A DNA stretch of 64,000 nucleotides from a virus (taxonomy: Duplodnaviria; Caudoviricetes): the IMG/VR virus record IMGVR_UViG_3300033177_000258; one strand, given 5' to 3'. The notes under the pieces were generated by a model. The model ran no database searches and was not told the origin of the DNA. It saw nothing but the letters and a program-made list of their open reading frames with translations. Position 1 is the first letter of the stretch, and each line of letters opens with the position of its first letter. This document shows positions 10,938-19,521 of this stretch, piece after piece. The translations under genes and the position numbers were made by a program.

Positions 10938-13049
10938 ATGTCCACCGGAGCCTTCTTCCTAACCCCCTCGCGACCGAAGTTCGTCATGGCCCAGTTGGCC
11001 CAGATGGTTGACTGGGGCGCGTTGATGGTTGGCTCTTCCGTGCATAAGGGCGAGGGGGTCAAGGTGGGAGTGCTGGACACCGGGTGCGCTCGCAACCACC
11101 CCGACCTCAAGGATGCCATCTTCACGTTCAATGACATCAGCGGCGGCAGCAAGGATGATGGCGACGGCCACGGGTGCGTTACCCCTGACAGCATGGTCTA
11201 CTCTTCTCTATGCGGGCTCCAAAACATCGAGACCTTGTTCGACGCAGCCCCAGGCATAGCGCACCTTCTCCCCGATGGTTCGGTCATCAAGGATGTGTCT
11301 CGTTACAGCCTGAAAACATTCTCTTTGGGCGCAGACGGACGGTGCGTCCCCTCTAATCTCAGCCACATCCACAAGTTGGCCTACGCCGGAGAGCTGGTGG
11401 ATGTCGTCACCAGACACGGGGTATTGCGTCTTACGCCGTGGCACCCCGTCTATGTGGTGGGTTCGCGGGCGGGCTCCGAAACGGTTAAGAGGATTCGGGC
11501 CGACGAACTCAGGGTTGGTCATTGTGTCGCGATAGCGCGCCAGCCAGCGGGCGAAGTAGGGGAGACAGTGTATATCCCGCTCAGCCGGCGCTGGGTCTGC
11601 AGGTGGTGTGGCTACGAAGCAAAAGGGGGAAAGAGAGCCACCTGTCGTTCGTGCAACAGGAGGAACTGGCATGAAGGAGCATCCGACCGCTCTATCGCCC
11701 TGGATGAACGACTTGCGTATTGGCTTGGGCTGGTCGTGTCAGACGGTCATGTGGCCAAGAGCGACACTTGTGTCTCGTTCACGTCAAAAGACCCAGAGCT
11801 TCTTAGTATCTTCGAGTCGGTGTCCGCCGAGCTGTTCGGTATTACGAGCAGCCGCCCCCCAAGTCATCCCATAGAAACCCGCCTGCACTCGGTTGACGTG
11901 TGGAGAATGCTTGTGGACGGGCTTGGTATTCCGGCCGGCAACAAGTCGCGGTGTATTGCACTTCCTGAGCTTGTGGCTAAGTCGCCTACGCCCATCATCG
12001 CGGCGTTCGTAGCTGGGTTGGTAGAAGGTGACGGTAGTGTGGGGGAGCAACGGCGTGTCCGTATAGCAACTGGCTCCATCCAGTTTGCCCAAAAGCTCTC
12101 CATGCTTCTGAAGACGATTGGCGTTTCGGCGAGCTACAGTGAAAACCGCTCTGAGGGTGGATTCAAGGTTAAGACCGCGAAGCCATCATATTCGGTGCGC
12201 GTTGGCCGCTGGAGCGCCCTAGACGCCCAGCTTAGGTTCAAAGTATCAGTTGGCGCGGGGATGCGCAAGGAGAGAAAAAGCTCCGAGGTGCTGTCCGTGG
12301 GTCGGTCCTCCTACAATGGCCCGTTGTACGACTTCACCGTTCCCGAGCACCACAACTATGTAGCTAATGGCTTCATCGTGAGCAACACCCACGTCTCTGG
12401 CATCATCGGCGCCCGCGACAACGACGCCGGCATTATCGGCGTCGCGCCTTCCTGTCAGCTTGGCATCTACAAGGTCCTGTCTGACACTGGCTGGGGCGAG
12501 TTCGACTGGTTCGTCAAAGCCATCTATGCCGCCCTGGAAGACGGCTGCCAGGTCATCAACCTAAGCCTTGGCTCCAACGAAACCCCTCCCGAAACCGTAC
12601 ACAATGCCATCCAAGACGCGCGCCGCGCCGGCTGCCTCATCTTCGCGGCTTCGGGCAACGACGGGAACGGTGTACCCGCCACGGGCGACGCGGTGGATTT
12701 CCCGGCTCGTTGGGAAGAAGTCATCGCCGTCGCTGCCGTTGAGCGCGACAGGGCCCACTCCAACTTCAGCTCCCCCGGCCCGAGCGTAGCCATCTGCGCC
12801 CCCGGACGCGACATCTACTCCTGCTGGCCCGAGACAGGCTACGCCCTCGACACCGGCACCAGCATGGCGTGCCCGTTCGTTTCTGGTGCGGCCGCTGTCT
12901 ACTGGTCACACTTCCTGGCCGAGGGCCATGAGCACAAGGACATTGCCCAGCTCGTCTGGGCTCAGATGCAGAAGGACGCACAAGACTTGGGCGACCCAGG
13001 CTGCGACCCACTCTATGGTTGCGGGTTGGTTAGAGTCAAGGTGAACTAA
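10938..13049 (+). CDS. S8 subtilisin-like serine protease interrupted by an intein
   Basis: VLDTG, HG|TH, ASGN, GTSMACP catalytic motifs. Confidence 0.93.
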   Translation: MSTGAFFLTPSRPKFVMAQLAQMVDWGALMVGSSVHKGEGVKVGVLDTGCARNHPDLKDAIFTFNDISGGSKDDGDGHGCVTPDSMVYSSLCGLQNIETLFDAAPGIAHLLPDGSVIKDVSRYSLKTFSLGADGRCVPSNLSHIHKLAYAGELVDVVTRHGVLRLTPWHPVYVVGSRAGSETVKRIRADELRVGHCVAIARQPAGEVGETVYIPLSRRWVCRWCGYEAKGGKRATCRSCNRRNWHEGASDRSIALDERLAYWLGLVVSDGHVAKSDTCVSFTSKDPELLSIFESVSAELFGITSSRPPSHPIETRLHSVDVWRMLVDGLGIPAGNKSRCIALPELVAKSPTPIIAAFVAGLVEGDGSVGEQRRVRIATGSIQFAQKLSMLLKTIGVSASYSENRSEGGFKVKTAKPSYSVRVGRWSALDAQLRFKVSVGAGMRKERKSSEVLSVGRSSYNGPLYDFTVPEHHNYVANGFIVSNTHVSGIIGARDNDAGIIGVAPSCQLGIYKVLSDTGWGEFDWFVKAIYAALEDGCQVINLSLGSNETPPETVHNAIQDARRAGCLIFAASGNDGNGVPATGDAVDFPARWEEVIAVAAVERDRAHSNFSSPGPSVAICAPGRDIYSCWPETGYALDTGTSMACPFVSGAAAVYWSHFLAEGHEHKDIAQLVWAQMQKDAQDLGDPGCDPLYGCGLVRVKVN
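11175..12386 (+). mobile_element. Intein (404 aa) with LAGLIDADG homing endonuclease
   Basis: Starts CVTPDS, block B LTPWHP, LGLVVSDG and VAGLVEGDG, ends NYVANGFIVSN, +1 Thr; removal restores HGTH. Confidence 0.93.
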
Positions 13050-13284
13050 TGGAACAGCCAGGCGAAGGTATGCAAGCGCTTGACGAAGAAGCGCCGTACA
13101 CCACACCCCCCACAGGAGGCGCAGCCACTCTCACAGACGCCCACGTCGTATACACGGACGACCCAGTAGACCTGGAAATCATCCAGGTGACGTAGCTCAA
13201 TGCGTGTCCCAGTGCTGCTCATCCATGAGAGACGGTGCCCAGGTTTCACTGGCACCGTCTTTCCGTTTTCCCGGAGTGAGATTC

Positions 13285-14133
13285 ATGAGCAACCCCAACC
13301 TGCACCCTGAAGTAGTCGTAGTGCCCGCCCCCACAACTGAACCAGAAGAGATGCGTCAAGGCTTCCCCTTCGAGGGAGACATCCCCCAGAACGCGTTCGC
13401 GTCCGTGACCTTCAGCGGCTACGAGCACGACCCACAGAACCGTGTCGTCTGTCGGCGCAAAGGCGACTTCCTGCGCCCCGTGCCAGCCGACTTCAACCGG
13501 CGCTTCACCATCCACCCCAAGGACCTCACCCAGTGCCTGGCCATGGACCTGCTCATGGACCGATACCTGGAGGGCGTCCTGCTGACGGGGCCGGCCGGCA
13601 GCGGAAAGACGTTGCTCTCTCTGGCGGCCGGAGTGGCCCAATGCGAAGCTGGTCACTATGAGGAGATTCTCTACGTCAAGCCCCTGGTCACCATCGGGAG
13701 CAAGGAGCTCGGGTTCTTCCCAGGCTCCATCTGCGAGAAGCTGGACGAATGGGTGCAACCCATCTGGGAGAACATGGAAGTGATTCGCCCGGACTACAAC
13801 CCCTACGACGACCGCGACGAGCTGGTCGTGCCCATCGCCCTGCCCTACTGCCGGGGCCGCACGTTCAGGCGCTCTTACATCATCCTCGATGAGGCGCAGA
13901 ACATCACCCGGCACGAACTCAAGTCCATGATTACGCGCTGTGGCGAGGGCACCAAGCTGGTCCTGCTGGCCGACGTGTCGCAGATAGACAATGCCGAGCT
14001 CAAGCTCGACGGGGACGACTGCGGCGCCGTGCTTGCCAAGAAGGCGTTCTTCGGCGAGCCAGTCTTCGGCTGCGCCGAACTGGAGCAGTGCTACCGCAAC
14101 GGGCTGGCTCGGCTTGCGGTCGAGCGCCTGTAG
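13285..14133 (+). CDS. phoH: PhoH-family ATPase
   Basis: GPAGSGKT, RGRTF, ILDEAQN, TRCGEGTK, D.SQID. Confidence 0.92.
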   Translation: MSNPNLHPEVVVVPAPTTEPEEMRQGFPFEGDIPQNAFASVTFSGYEHDPQNRVVCRRKGDFLRPVPADFNRRFTIHPKDLTQCLAMDLLMDRYLEGVLLTGPAGSGKTLLSLAAGVAQCEAGHYEEILYVKPLVTIGSKELGFFPGSICEKLDEWVQPIWENMEVIRPDYNPYDDRDELVVPIALPYCRGRTFRRSYIILDEAQNITRHELKSMITRCGEGTKLVLLADVSQIDNAELKLDGDDCGAVLAKKAFFGEPVFGCAELEQCYRNGLARLAVERL

Positions 14134-14140
14134 AAAGCAT

Positions 14141-14168
14141 CAGGGGCGCCCCGTCTGGGGCGCCCCTG
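14141..14168. terminator. GC-rich hairpin terminator between convergent phoH and Ro60 genes
   Basis: Perfect 12-bp stem CAGGGGCGCCCC/GGGGCGCCCCTG, 4-nt loop. Confidence 0.75.
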
Positions 14169-14204
14169 TCGTGTCAGCTTCGTTGTCGGCTACTCGGCCG
14201 GCTC

Positions 14205-15938
14205 TTAGCCGGGCTCCCCGCATCCGTTGTTGTCAGGGCCCTTGTAGGTGGCCGTGGCAACCTTCCTGATGTAGTCCTCCACGTCCTTCACCATACCATC
14301 CCGCCGCCATCCCCCGAGCAGCTTGAACATGGAGTCGTTCATGCCGGAGAGCTCCAAGACCCACGGGGCCTCCGGGAAGTCCAGGGTGCCGTAGCCGCCC
14401 AGGCACACGTTGACCAGCTTCATGCCGGGGTTGCGGTGCCGGAGCATCTTCAGAGGCTCGCTCTGGAACACCGTGTCGCCCCGGTAGTACGCCTGGCACG
14501 GGCGGGTCTCCCCTACCTGCTTGCGCGGCACGCGCTGGGTGCCCGGCAGCCAGCTCTCGTTGTCAGTCAGCGCGAACACCATGTCGTACTTGTTACCCGT
14601 CAGGGCTCCTTCGTACAGGGCGTTGGTGACCGACGTGGCACCCCCAGCCTGCGGGATGGCGTCCATGATGGCGCCGATACCGTAGGACGGGTCCACATTG
14701 ACGCGGAACGCGCGGTTGTTGTAGGCGATGATGTCCGCATGGTCGGACTTCTTGTAGATGGCGGCCGCGAACAGGGCGGCGATGTCGCGGAGGCAGCGTT
14801 CGCTCTTCTCCGATACCTTCTCGTCCATGCTACCGCTCACATCCACCAGGATGAGGGCATTGCCAACCTCCGGGATGTTGCGGCAGGAGCGTACCATGGC
14901 TTCCTCCAGCGCCAGGATGGCGTCGCGGTAGCGTCCACCAGTGATGGTGCCGCTGGCTGCCTTGAGCGCCTCACGCGCAGAGTAGAAGCGGTACGGGAAG
15001 ACCAGGCCGTCAGCCGCCGCCATGATGCGGTCGCGGTCTACCGGCAGGTCGGTCATCTGCAGGATGGAGCGGATGTTCATGACGTAGGCCATCGGCTGCA
15101 TTGAAGCCGCAGCCATGGTCCAGGCTTCCTTGGTGCGCCCGAACTTGGACGTGATGTTGTTCCAGGCCGGCCCGCGCGCGATGTCCGCCACGCTCTCGAT
15201 GTCCTCAGCCAGGTCCACGCGGAACTTGTTCACCACGTCGGTGAGCCCGCGCTCCTGGGCCCACGCCATGTCGAACGTGCGGCCCTCGGCCTCGAAGTTG
15301 ACCAGCCAGTCGAACAGTGCTTCCTGCTCCGGCGAAGTCGGCTTCGGCCGGCTGATGCGGATGGCGTCGCGCATCTCGATGGACCGGGAGCGGCCGTGGT
15401 ACTTGATGGCATCGTACTGCGTGATGCGCTGCAGGCGCTGGGCCAGGAGACGCAGCATGGAACGCGGCATGACACCGCTGTTGCCCGAGAGCATGTTGTA
15501 GGCTGCCAAGAGCTCGGCCGGCTCGTCGGCGCGGCGCAACACCTTCATCCCGAACTCGCGCATCCAGTTGACGGTCTTGCCGCCGATGACGCACGTCTTC
15601 GGAGCCAAGGTCTGCTTCCAGTACGGGTGGGTGGCCATCATGGCCGTCAGGAAGACCGGCATGGCACGGAGGCCCAGCTCATTGCGCAGGTAGGCCGCCA
15701 ACCCCATGACGTACTCGGGGCGGTGCTGGCCCAGCGGGCCGTGCACGATGGCGCGAATCTGGTCCATGAGCTGGTCGCCCTGCTGGTAGTAACGGTCCTC
15801 CACGAAGTTCGTGGCCGTCATGAGCAGGAGCTTCTTCTCATCGGTCTGGGGCTCCCAGGCCGGTCCCCCGGCCAGGTTGCGGGTGTTGGTGGCCGGGACT
15901 ACTGAGCCCAGGCCGCGCGTCGTGGTTGTTGCCTTCAT
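14205..15938 (-). CDS. Ro60/TROVE-domain RNA-binding protein with C-terminal vWA domain
   Basis: TROVE motifs (YLRNELGLR, RADE, KY..R, RDAIRISRPKP, FPYRFYSA); MIDAS DVSGSM, GGAT, LTDNE. Confidence 0.92.
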   Translation of the reverse strand: MKATTTTRGLGSVVPATNTRNLAGGPAWEPQTDEKKLLLMTATNFVEDRYYQQGDQLMDQIRAIVHGPLGQHRPEYVMGLAAYLRNELGLRAMPVFLTAMMATHPYWKQTLAPKTCVIGGKTVNWMREFGMKVLRRADEPAELLAAYNMLSGNSGVMPRSMLRLLAQRLQRITQYDAIKYHGRSRSIEMRDAIRISRPKPTSPEQEALFDWLVNFEAEGRTFDMAWAQERGLTDVVNKFRVDLAEDIESVADIARGPAWNNITSKFGRTKEAWTMAAASMQPMAYVMNIRSILQMTDLPVDRDRIMAAADGLVFPYRFYSAREALKAASGTITGGRYRDAILALEEAMVRSCRNIPEVGNALILVDVSGSMDEKVSEKSERCLRDIAALFAAAIYKKSDHADIIAYNNRAFRVNVDPSYGIGAIMDAIPQAGGATSVTNALYEGALTGNKYDMVFALTDNESWLPGTQRVPRKQVGETRPCQAYYRGDTVFQSEPLKMLRHRNPGMKLVNVCLGGYGTLDFPEAPWVLELSGMNDSMFKLLGGWRRDGMVKDVEDYIRKVATATYKGPDNNGCGEPG

Positions 15939-15960
15939 TGTATCACCTTTCCTCTAACAC

Positions 15961-16076
15961 AAACGGGGCCCTTGCTAACTGATGACGAGAAGAGAAGCGG
16001 CGGCGATGTTGCCGTTCTTACCGAGTGATGTAATCGCAGCCTACTGCTACGTCGTCAGCTAGCAAGGACCACGTTT
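15961..16076 (-). ncRNA. Ro60-associated structured RNA unit 1 (Y RNA-like scaffold, 18-nt insert)
   Basis: Shared scaffold GACG-UAGCAGUA-9bp stem-UACAUCA; long outer stem. Confidence 0.75.
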
Positions 16077-16096
16077 GGCAATGTGGGACCTGCTGC

Positions 16097-16224
16097 GTTC
16101 GTGGGCTGTGCTGGCTCATCGGCGAGGATGGGAGCGGCGGCGACGTGGTATCGGTCTCGATTAGCAGTCGGGTGATGTAGTCGCAACCTACTACTACGCC
16201 GATAGGCCAGCACAGCCTACGAAC
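16097..16224 (-). ncRNA. Ro60-associated structured RNA unit 2 (28-nt insert)
   Basis: Same scaffold; long outer stem. Confidence 0.75.
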
Positions 16225-16233
16225 AAATGCGTT

Positions 16234-16378
16234 ACTGACGAGAATGGATGGCGGAAACGACGAACAGTTTTACTCTACCAACTGAGCTACCGACCGGCGT
16301 TGCCGGTGGGCTGGACTCGAACCAGCGACCTTCACTTACCAGGGTGATGATGTAGTCGTTTCCTGCTACTACGTCAGT
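16234..16378 (-). ncRNA. Ro60-associated RNA unit 3 with circularly permuted tRNA-like domain (YrlA-like)
   Basis: T arm GCUGG-UUCGAGU-CCAGC precedes a loop-closed acceptor stem and D arm UAGCUCAGUUGGUAGAGU, inside the shared scaffold. Confidence 0.85.
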
Positions 16379-16389
16379 GAACAAGCTGA

Positions 16390-16566
16390 GGGACGAGAAC
16401 GGGGTGGCGGCGCCGAGAGTGTATCGGCCGCACTGAGGGTGCGGTTGCTCCCCACTGGAGCACGGTTCCCCATACAGTCTGGGAACCAATGGTTCGAACC
16501 TTAGAGTGATGTACTCGACTGGTTCGAACCTTAGAGTGATGTACTCGACACCTACTACTACGTCCC
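16390..16566 (-). ncRNA. Ro60-associated structured RNA unit 4 (multi-hairpin insert)
   Basis: Same scaffold; several hairpins; internal 30-bp duplication. Confidence 0.75.
16490..16549. repeat. Exact 30-bp tandem duplication
   Basis: TGGTTCGAACCTTAGAGTGATGTACTCGAC x2. Confidence 0.95.
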
Positions 16567-16576
16567 AAAGACGGTG

Positions 16577-16703
16577 AACCGGACGAGATTGGATGCGGTA
16601 GCGAGGGAACGCGATGGTCGCCTGAGCGGCCACACCTCTAAAGCCCCGTGGGGGCTCCGATTGCAGAGATGATGTACTCGCTGCCTACTACTACGTCCAG
16701 GTT
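16577..16703 (-). ncRNA. Ro60-associated structured RNA unit 5 (64-nt insert)
   Basis: Same scaffold; first unit after the promoter. Confidence 0.75.
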
Positions 16704-16732
16704 GTTTGTAATGGTTCACGTGCGACAGGTGC

Positions 16733-16761
16733 ATTGTAGAGACGCCGGCGATGCTTGTCAA
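16733..16761 (-). promoter_or_regulatory. Sigma70-type promoter for RNA array and Ro60
   Basis: TTGACA-N17-TACAAT on minus strand. Confidence 0.85.
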
Positions 16762-16821
16762 GACCCTTTCTGCAAGTTTCTGCAAGAATCTTTCCGAGCC
16801 GCCAGCGGGCACAGGACAGGA

Positions 16822-16853
16822 GAAGTATTCCATGCTCGGCGCGGTAGTGTCAA
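16822..16853 (-). promoter_or_regulatory. Second promoter-like element with GGAATACTTC motif
   Basis: TTGACA-N18-AATACT with TG extension. Confidence 0.5.
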
Positions 16854-16877
16854 AGTTTTTGCGGCCGACCCGCCTTG

Positions 16878-17334
16878 TAATATGTCTCGTGGGGACATAT
16901 TACCGAGCCTAATATGTCTCGTGGGGACATATTACCGAGCCTAATATGTCTCGTGGGGACATATTACCGAGCCTAATATGTCTCGCGGAGACATACTACT
17001 CGGGTCCATCGGGCTTAATATGTCTCCTGGGGACCAATTGAAGATGGTAAGAAAACGCTAAATGGTCTCGTGGGGACATATTACCGTGGCTATTTTGTGA
17101 AAATCAGGTAAGGAACTGGTAAGACGCCTGTCCGGGCGCCCAGATTGGGCAGGTGGCGTAAAGATACATAAATAGACGCAGAAATGCTCTCTGCCCAACA
17201 AGCCCCTGAGCCCCAGGGGCTGAGCACGTTTCTCCGAAGAATCGGAGAGCCCCATTGTAATATGTCCCCACGAGACATATTAACCCCCAAAGCTGGCCTC
17301 CCATCCGAGAACCTAATATGTCCCCACGAGACAT
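16878..17334. repeat. Array of 25-bp imperfect palindromes (6 direct, 2 inverted), putative origin/iterons
   Basis: TAATATGTCTCGTGGGGACATATTA at 16878, 16910, 16942; variants at 16974, 17016, 17059; reverse copies at 17258, 17314. Confidence 0.85.
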
Positions 17335-17539
17335 TCAAAAAAACGCAACAAACAGAGCCAAAAGTACAGGATGACCAGCCAAACCTGTACACTAAATTGT
17401 GTCCAAACTCGGAACTTGGAAGAGAAATCACCTAGAGGAATCTCTTTATTGGGATGTATCCCGAGAAGTAGTAGGTAGAATCCTACTAGGCCATCCAGCT
17501 CCCCCCAACAGTCTCATCGGAGAATCTCCAAGAAACCCC

Positions 17540-17568
17540 TTGCAACCTACCCGACCCTGTGGTATAGT
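17540..17568 (+). promoter_or_regulatory. Sigma70-type promoter of rightward operon
   Basis: TTGCAA-N17-TATAGT with TG extension; AAAGGAGG RBS downstream. Confidence 0.75.
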
Positions 17569-17590
17569 TCGCCCCAAAGGAGGAAGCCCA

Positions 17591-18040
17591 ATGCCATTCA
17601 TCCCAGACATTCCCCCGACCGTTCCCACCTACATCGCCGGCTGCGCCACGCTCGGCGGGGTCGCGCTCGGCCTGGTCATCCAGCAAGTGCTGCGCCGCGT
17701 GTTCGGCAAAGCACGGGGAGACGCGGATGCCAGGAAGCTCGCCAAGGCCATCTTCGCTCTGTTGAAGATGGCGCTCCCGGCCGGCAGGGTCAGGAAGCTG
17801 GCGAGCCTGGTGGCCAAACTCCTGGCAGCGTTGCATGCTGACCACAGGAGCGACTTGGCCACGCTGGCCCCCGCCCGGAAGCGGGGCATCAGTGAGCTGG
17901 CTATAGCATACGAGGACATCGAGCTCACGGCCAAGGAGGAGCGGGCCATCCAGAACATCCTGACGGCGGCCATCAATGTCCCGCAGGCGGGCGTGTTCTG
18001 CGAATTGGCGCTGCGGGTCCGCTCACAACACCAGGCATGA
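17591..18040 (+). CDS. Hypothetical protein with N-terminal TM helix
   Basis: Strong RBS; hydrophobic IAGCATLGGVALGLVI; ATGA overlap with next gene. Confidence 0.7.
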   Translation: MPFIPDIPPTVPTYIAGCATLGGVALGLVIQQVLRRVFGKARGDADARKLAKAIFALLKMALPAGRVRKLASLVAKLLAALHADHRSDLATLAPARKRGISELAIAYEDIELTAKEERAIQNILTAAINVPQAGVFCELALRVRSQHQA

Positions 18041-19521
18041 GAACCTTCTGGGCGTCCTCCCCTTTGGCGCTGGCTTCCTTCTTCTGGCTGACCAAGGAGT
18101 GGTCTGAGCAGGACCTTCCCCTTCGCAACATCGAGGTCGCGGTGACAGACCCCGCCCGCTTTGCCGAGGTTGGCAACAAGGAAGCGGCCGGTACCGAGAA
18201 CTCTGCGCGGCTGGGGTTGGCTCAGCGCATCAAGCTCCTGCGCCGCGACCGGCTCATTGATGGTTGCTGGTACAGGTGCGCATCGTGCTACCGCGAGATA
18301 GCCGCCTACAAGCGGGGCCGGGCGTTCCCCTGCAAAGGCTGCGGGAGCGCCGACCGGGTGCTGACGGTGCGGCTGAACCCTGCGGCGGTAGAAGAGCTGC
18401 TGGGTACGCACAAGATGCGCAGCCGCGTCCACCCGCAACAAGTGGCGCCCCCGCCCGAGCTCTTCCCGACTGTCATACCCGGCATCACTGTGCCCGAGAA
18501 GAGCGCGTATGAGCGCATGGTGACTGGGGCCAACATCCCGCCCCAAGAGCAACTGCCTCCGGGTTGGCGGCGGAACGACGACGGCTGGCCGGTGAACCCC
18601 CAGGAGCAGGTGTGCGACCCTCGCACGCTCCAGCCAATCCCTCCGGCTCTTGTCCCGCAGACCGTAGGCGTGCCGGCGTCCCCGGCCAGTCTCGCCGAGG
18701 TTCAGCCAATCCACATGATGGCGGCTGACCCGCAGGGCATCGAGCGGGAGCGGGCCGTGGGCAACCTGGAAGCGCTGGCGGCGACCGGGGCTCCGGGAGG
18801 ACTTTCTATCCCCCTGCCGCAGCAGTTGTCCACGCCGCCCTGGGTGGGCAAGCTGGACGATGCGCGTACTCTGGTGGCCGGGGCCATGGAGACCGGCCGG
18901 CCCTGGCTTGAACTGGGCGGCTCGCTCGGTCTCTCCACTGACGGCTCAGGTATCATCAGCACCAACATCTACGGCCCGTCATGGCCGCATGACAGCAAGT
19001 ATGTCCCCGGCGTCACCGAAGCAGTCGTGCAATGCAGCATGGGTTGGCTCGGAGGAAACTACTCCGACAAGAAGCTCGCCGCTCTGCCTGGCTCATTGAA
19101 GAAGTCGCGGCCGCTCAACCCCTACGAGCAGACGGGGTTCTGGGCGCCGATGTCCAGCTATGTCGCGCAGCAGGAAGCGCTGTGGGGCTTCCGCCTACCA
19201 GTCGAGCTGCCCTACATCTACTCGTGGTTCAACACCAAGCTCAGCCCATCGGAAGAAGTGCTGGTCTACTGGGATTGGATGATGCAGGCCATGACCATGG
19301 CTGGCAGACCTCTGACGGTAGACGCCGAGCAGGAGTGGTTGGACCTACCTGCTGCGCGCTGGGTCCACGAACGCCTGCGGGAAACCACCTCCATCGAGAC
19401 CGACAACTACCCGCACGTCATCGTGCTGGGCATGGTCAAAGCGCTGGCCAACGCGGTGACCATTCACGACATCGGCCGCATCCTGCGGGGCGACAAGCCC
19501 ATCTACGATAGCTATGACTGA
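18037..19521 (+). CDS. Hypothetical protein with zinc ribbon
   Basis: CASC...CKGC; phage-like codon usage; coupled start/stop. Confidence 0.7.
   Translation: MRTFWASSPLALASFFWLTKEWSEQDLPLRNIEVAVTDPARFAEVGNKEAAGTENSARLGLAQRIKLLRRDRLIDGCWYRCASCYREIAAYKRGRAFPCKGCGSADRVLTVRLNPAAVEELLGTHKMRSRVHPQQVAPPPELFPTVIPGITVPEKSAYERMVTGANIPPQEQLPPGWRRNDDGWPVNPQEQVCDPRTLQPIPPALVPQTVGVPASPASLAEVQPIHMMAADPQGIERERAVGNLEALAATGAPGGLSIPLPQQLSTPPWVGKLDDARTLVAGAMETGRPWLELGGSLGLSTDGSGIISTNIYGPSWPHDSKYVPGVTEAVVQCSMGWLGGNYSDKKLAALPGSLKKSRPLNPYEQTGFWAPMSSYVAQQEALWGFRLPVELPYIYSWFNTKLSPSEEVLVYWDWMMQAMTMAGRPLTVDAEQEWLDLPAARWVHERLRETTSIETDNYPHVIVLGMVKALANAVTIHDIGRILRGDKPIYDSYD

Noticed and set aside
13049-13195. 48-codon ORF after the protease
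   Set aside because: Coupled TAATG start but no recognisable motif; unsupported.
16262-16347. Canonical tRNA-Thr gene
   Set aside because: The T arm precedes the D arm, the acceptor stem is loop-closed and there is no CCA.
15979-16680. C/D-box sRNAs on the plus strand (TGATG motifs)
   Set aside because: Promoter, tRNA arms, most G-U pairs and the Ro60 gene favour the minus strand; D boxes are not consistently placed.
16878-17083. CRISPR array
   Set aside because: Spacers are only 7 bp and identical (CCGAGCC), some copies are inverted, and there is no cas operon; the lone Cas4-like gene is a common phage nuclease.
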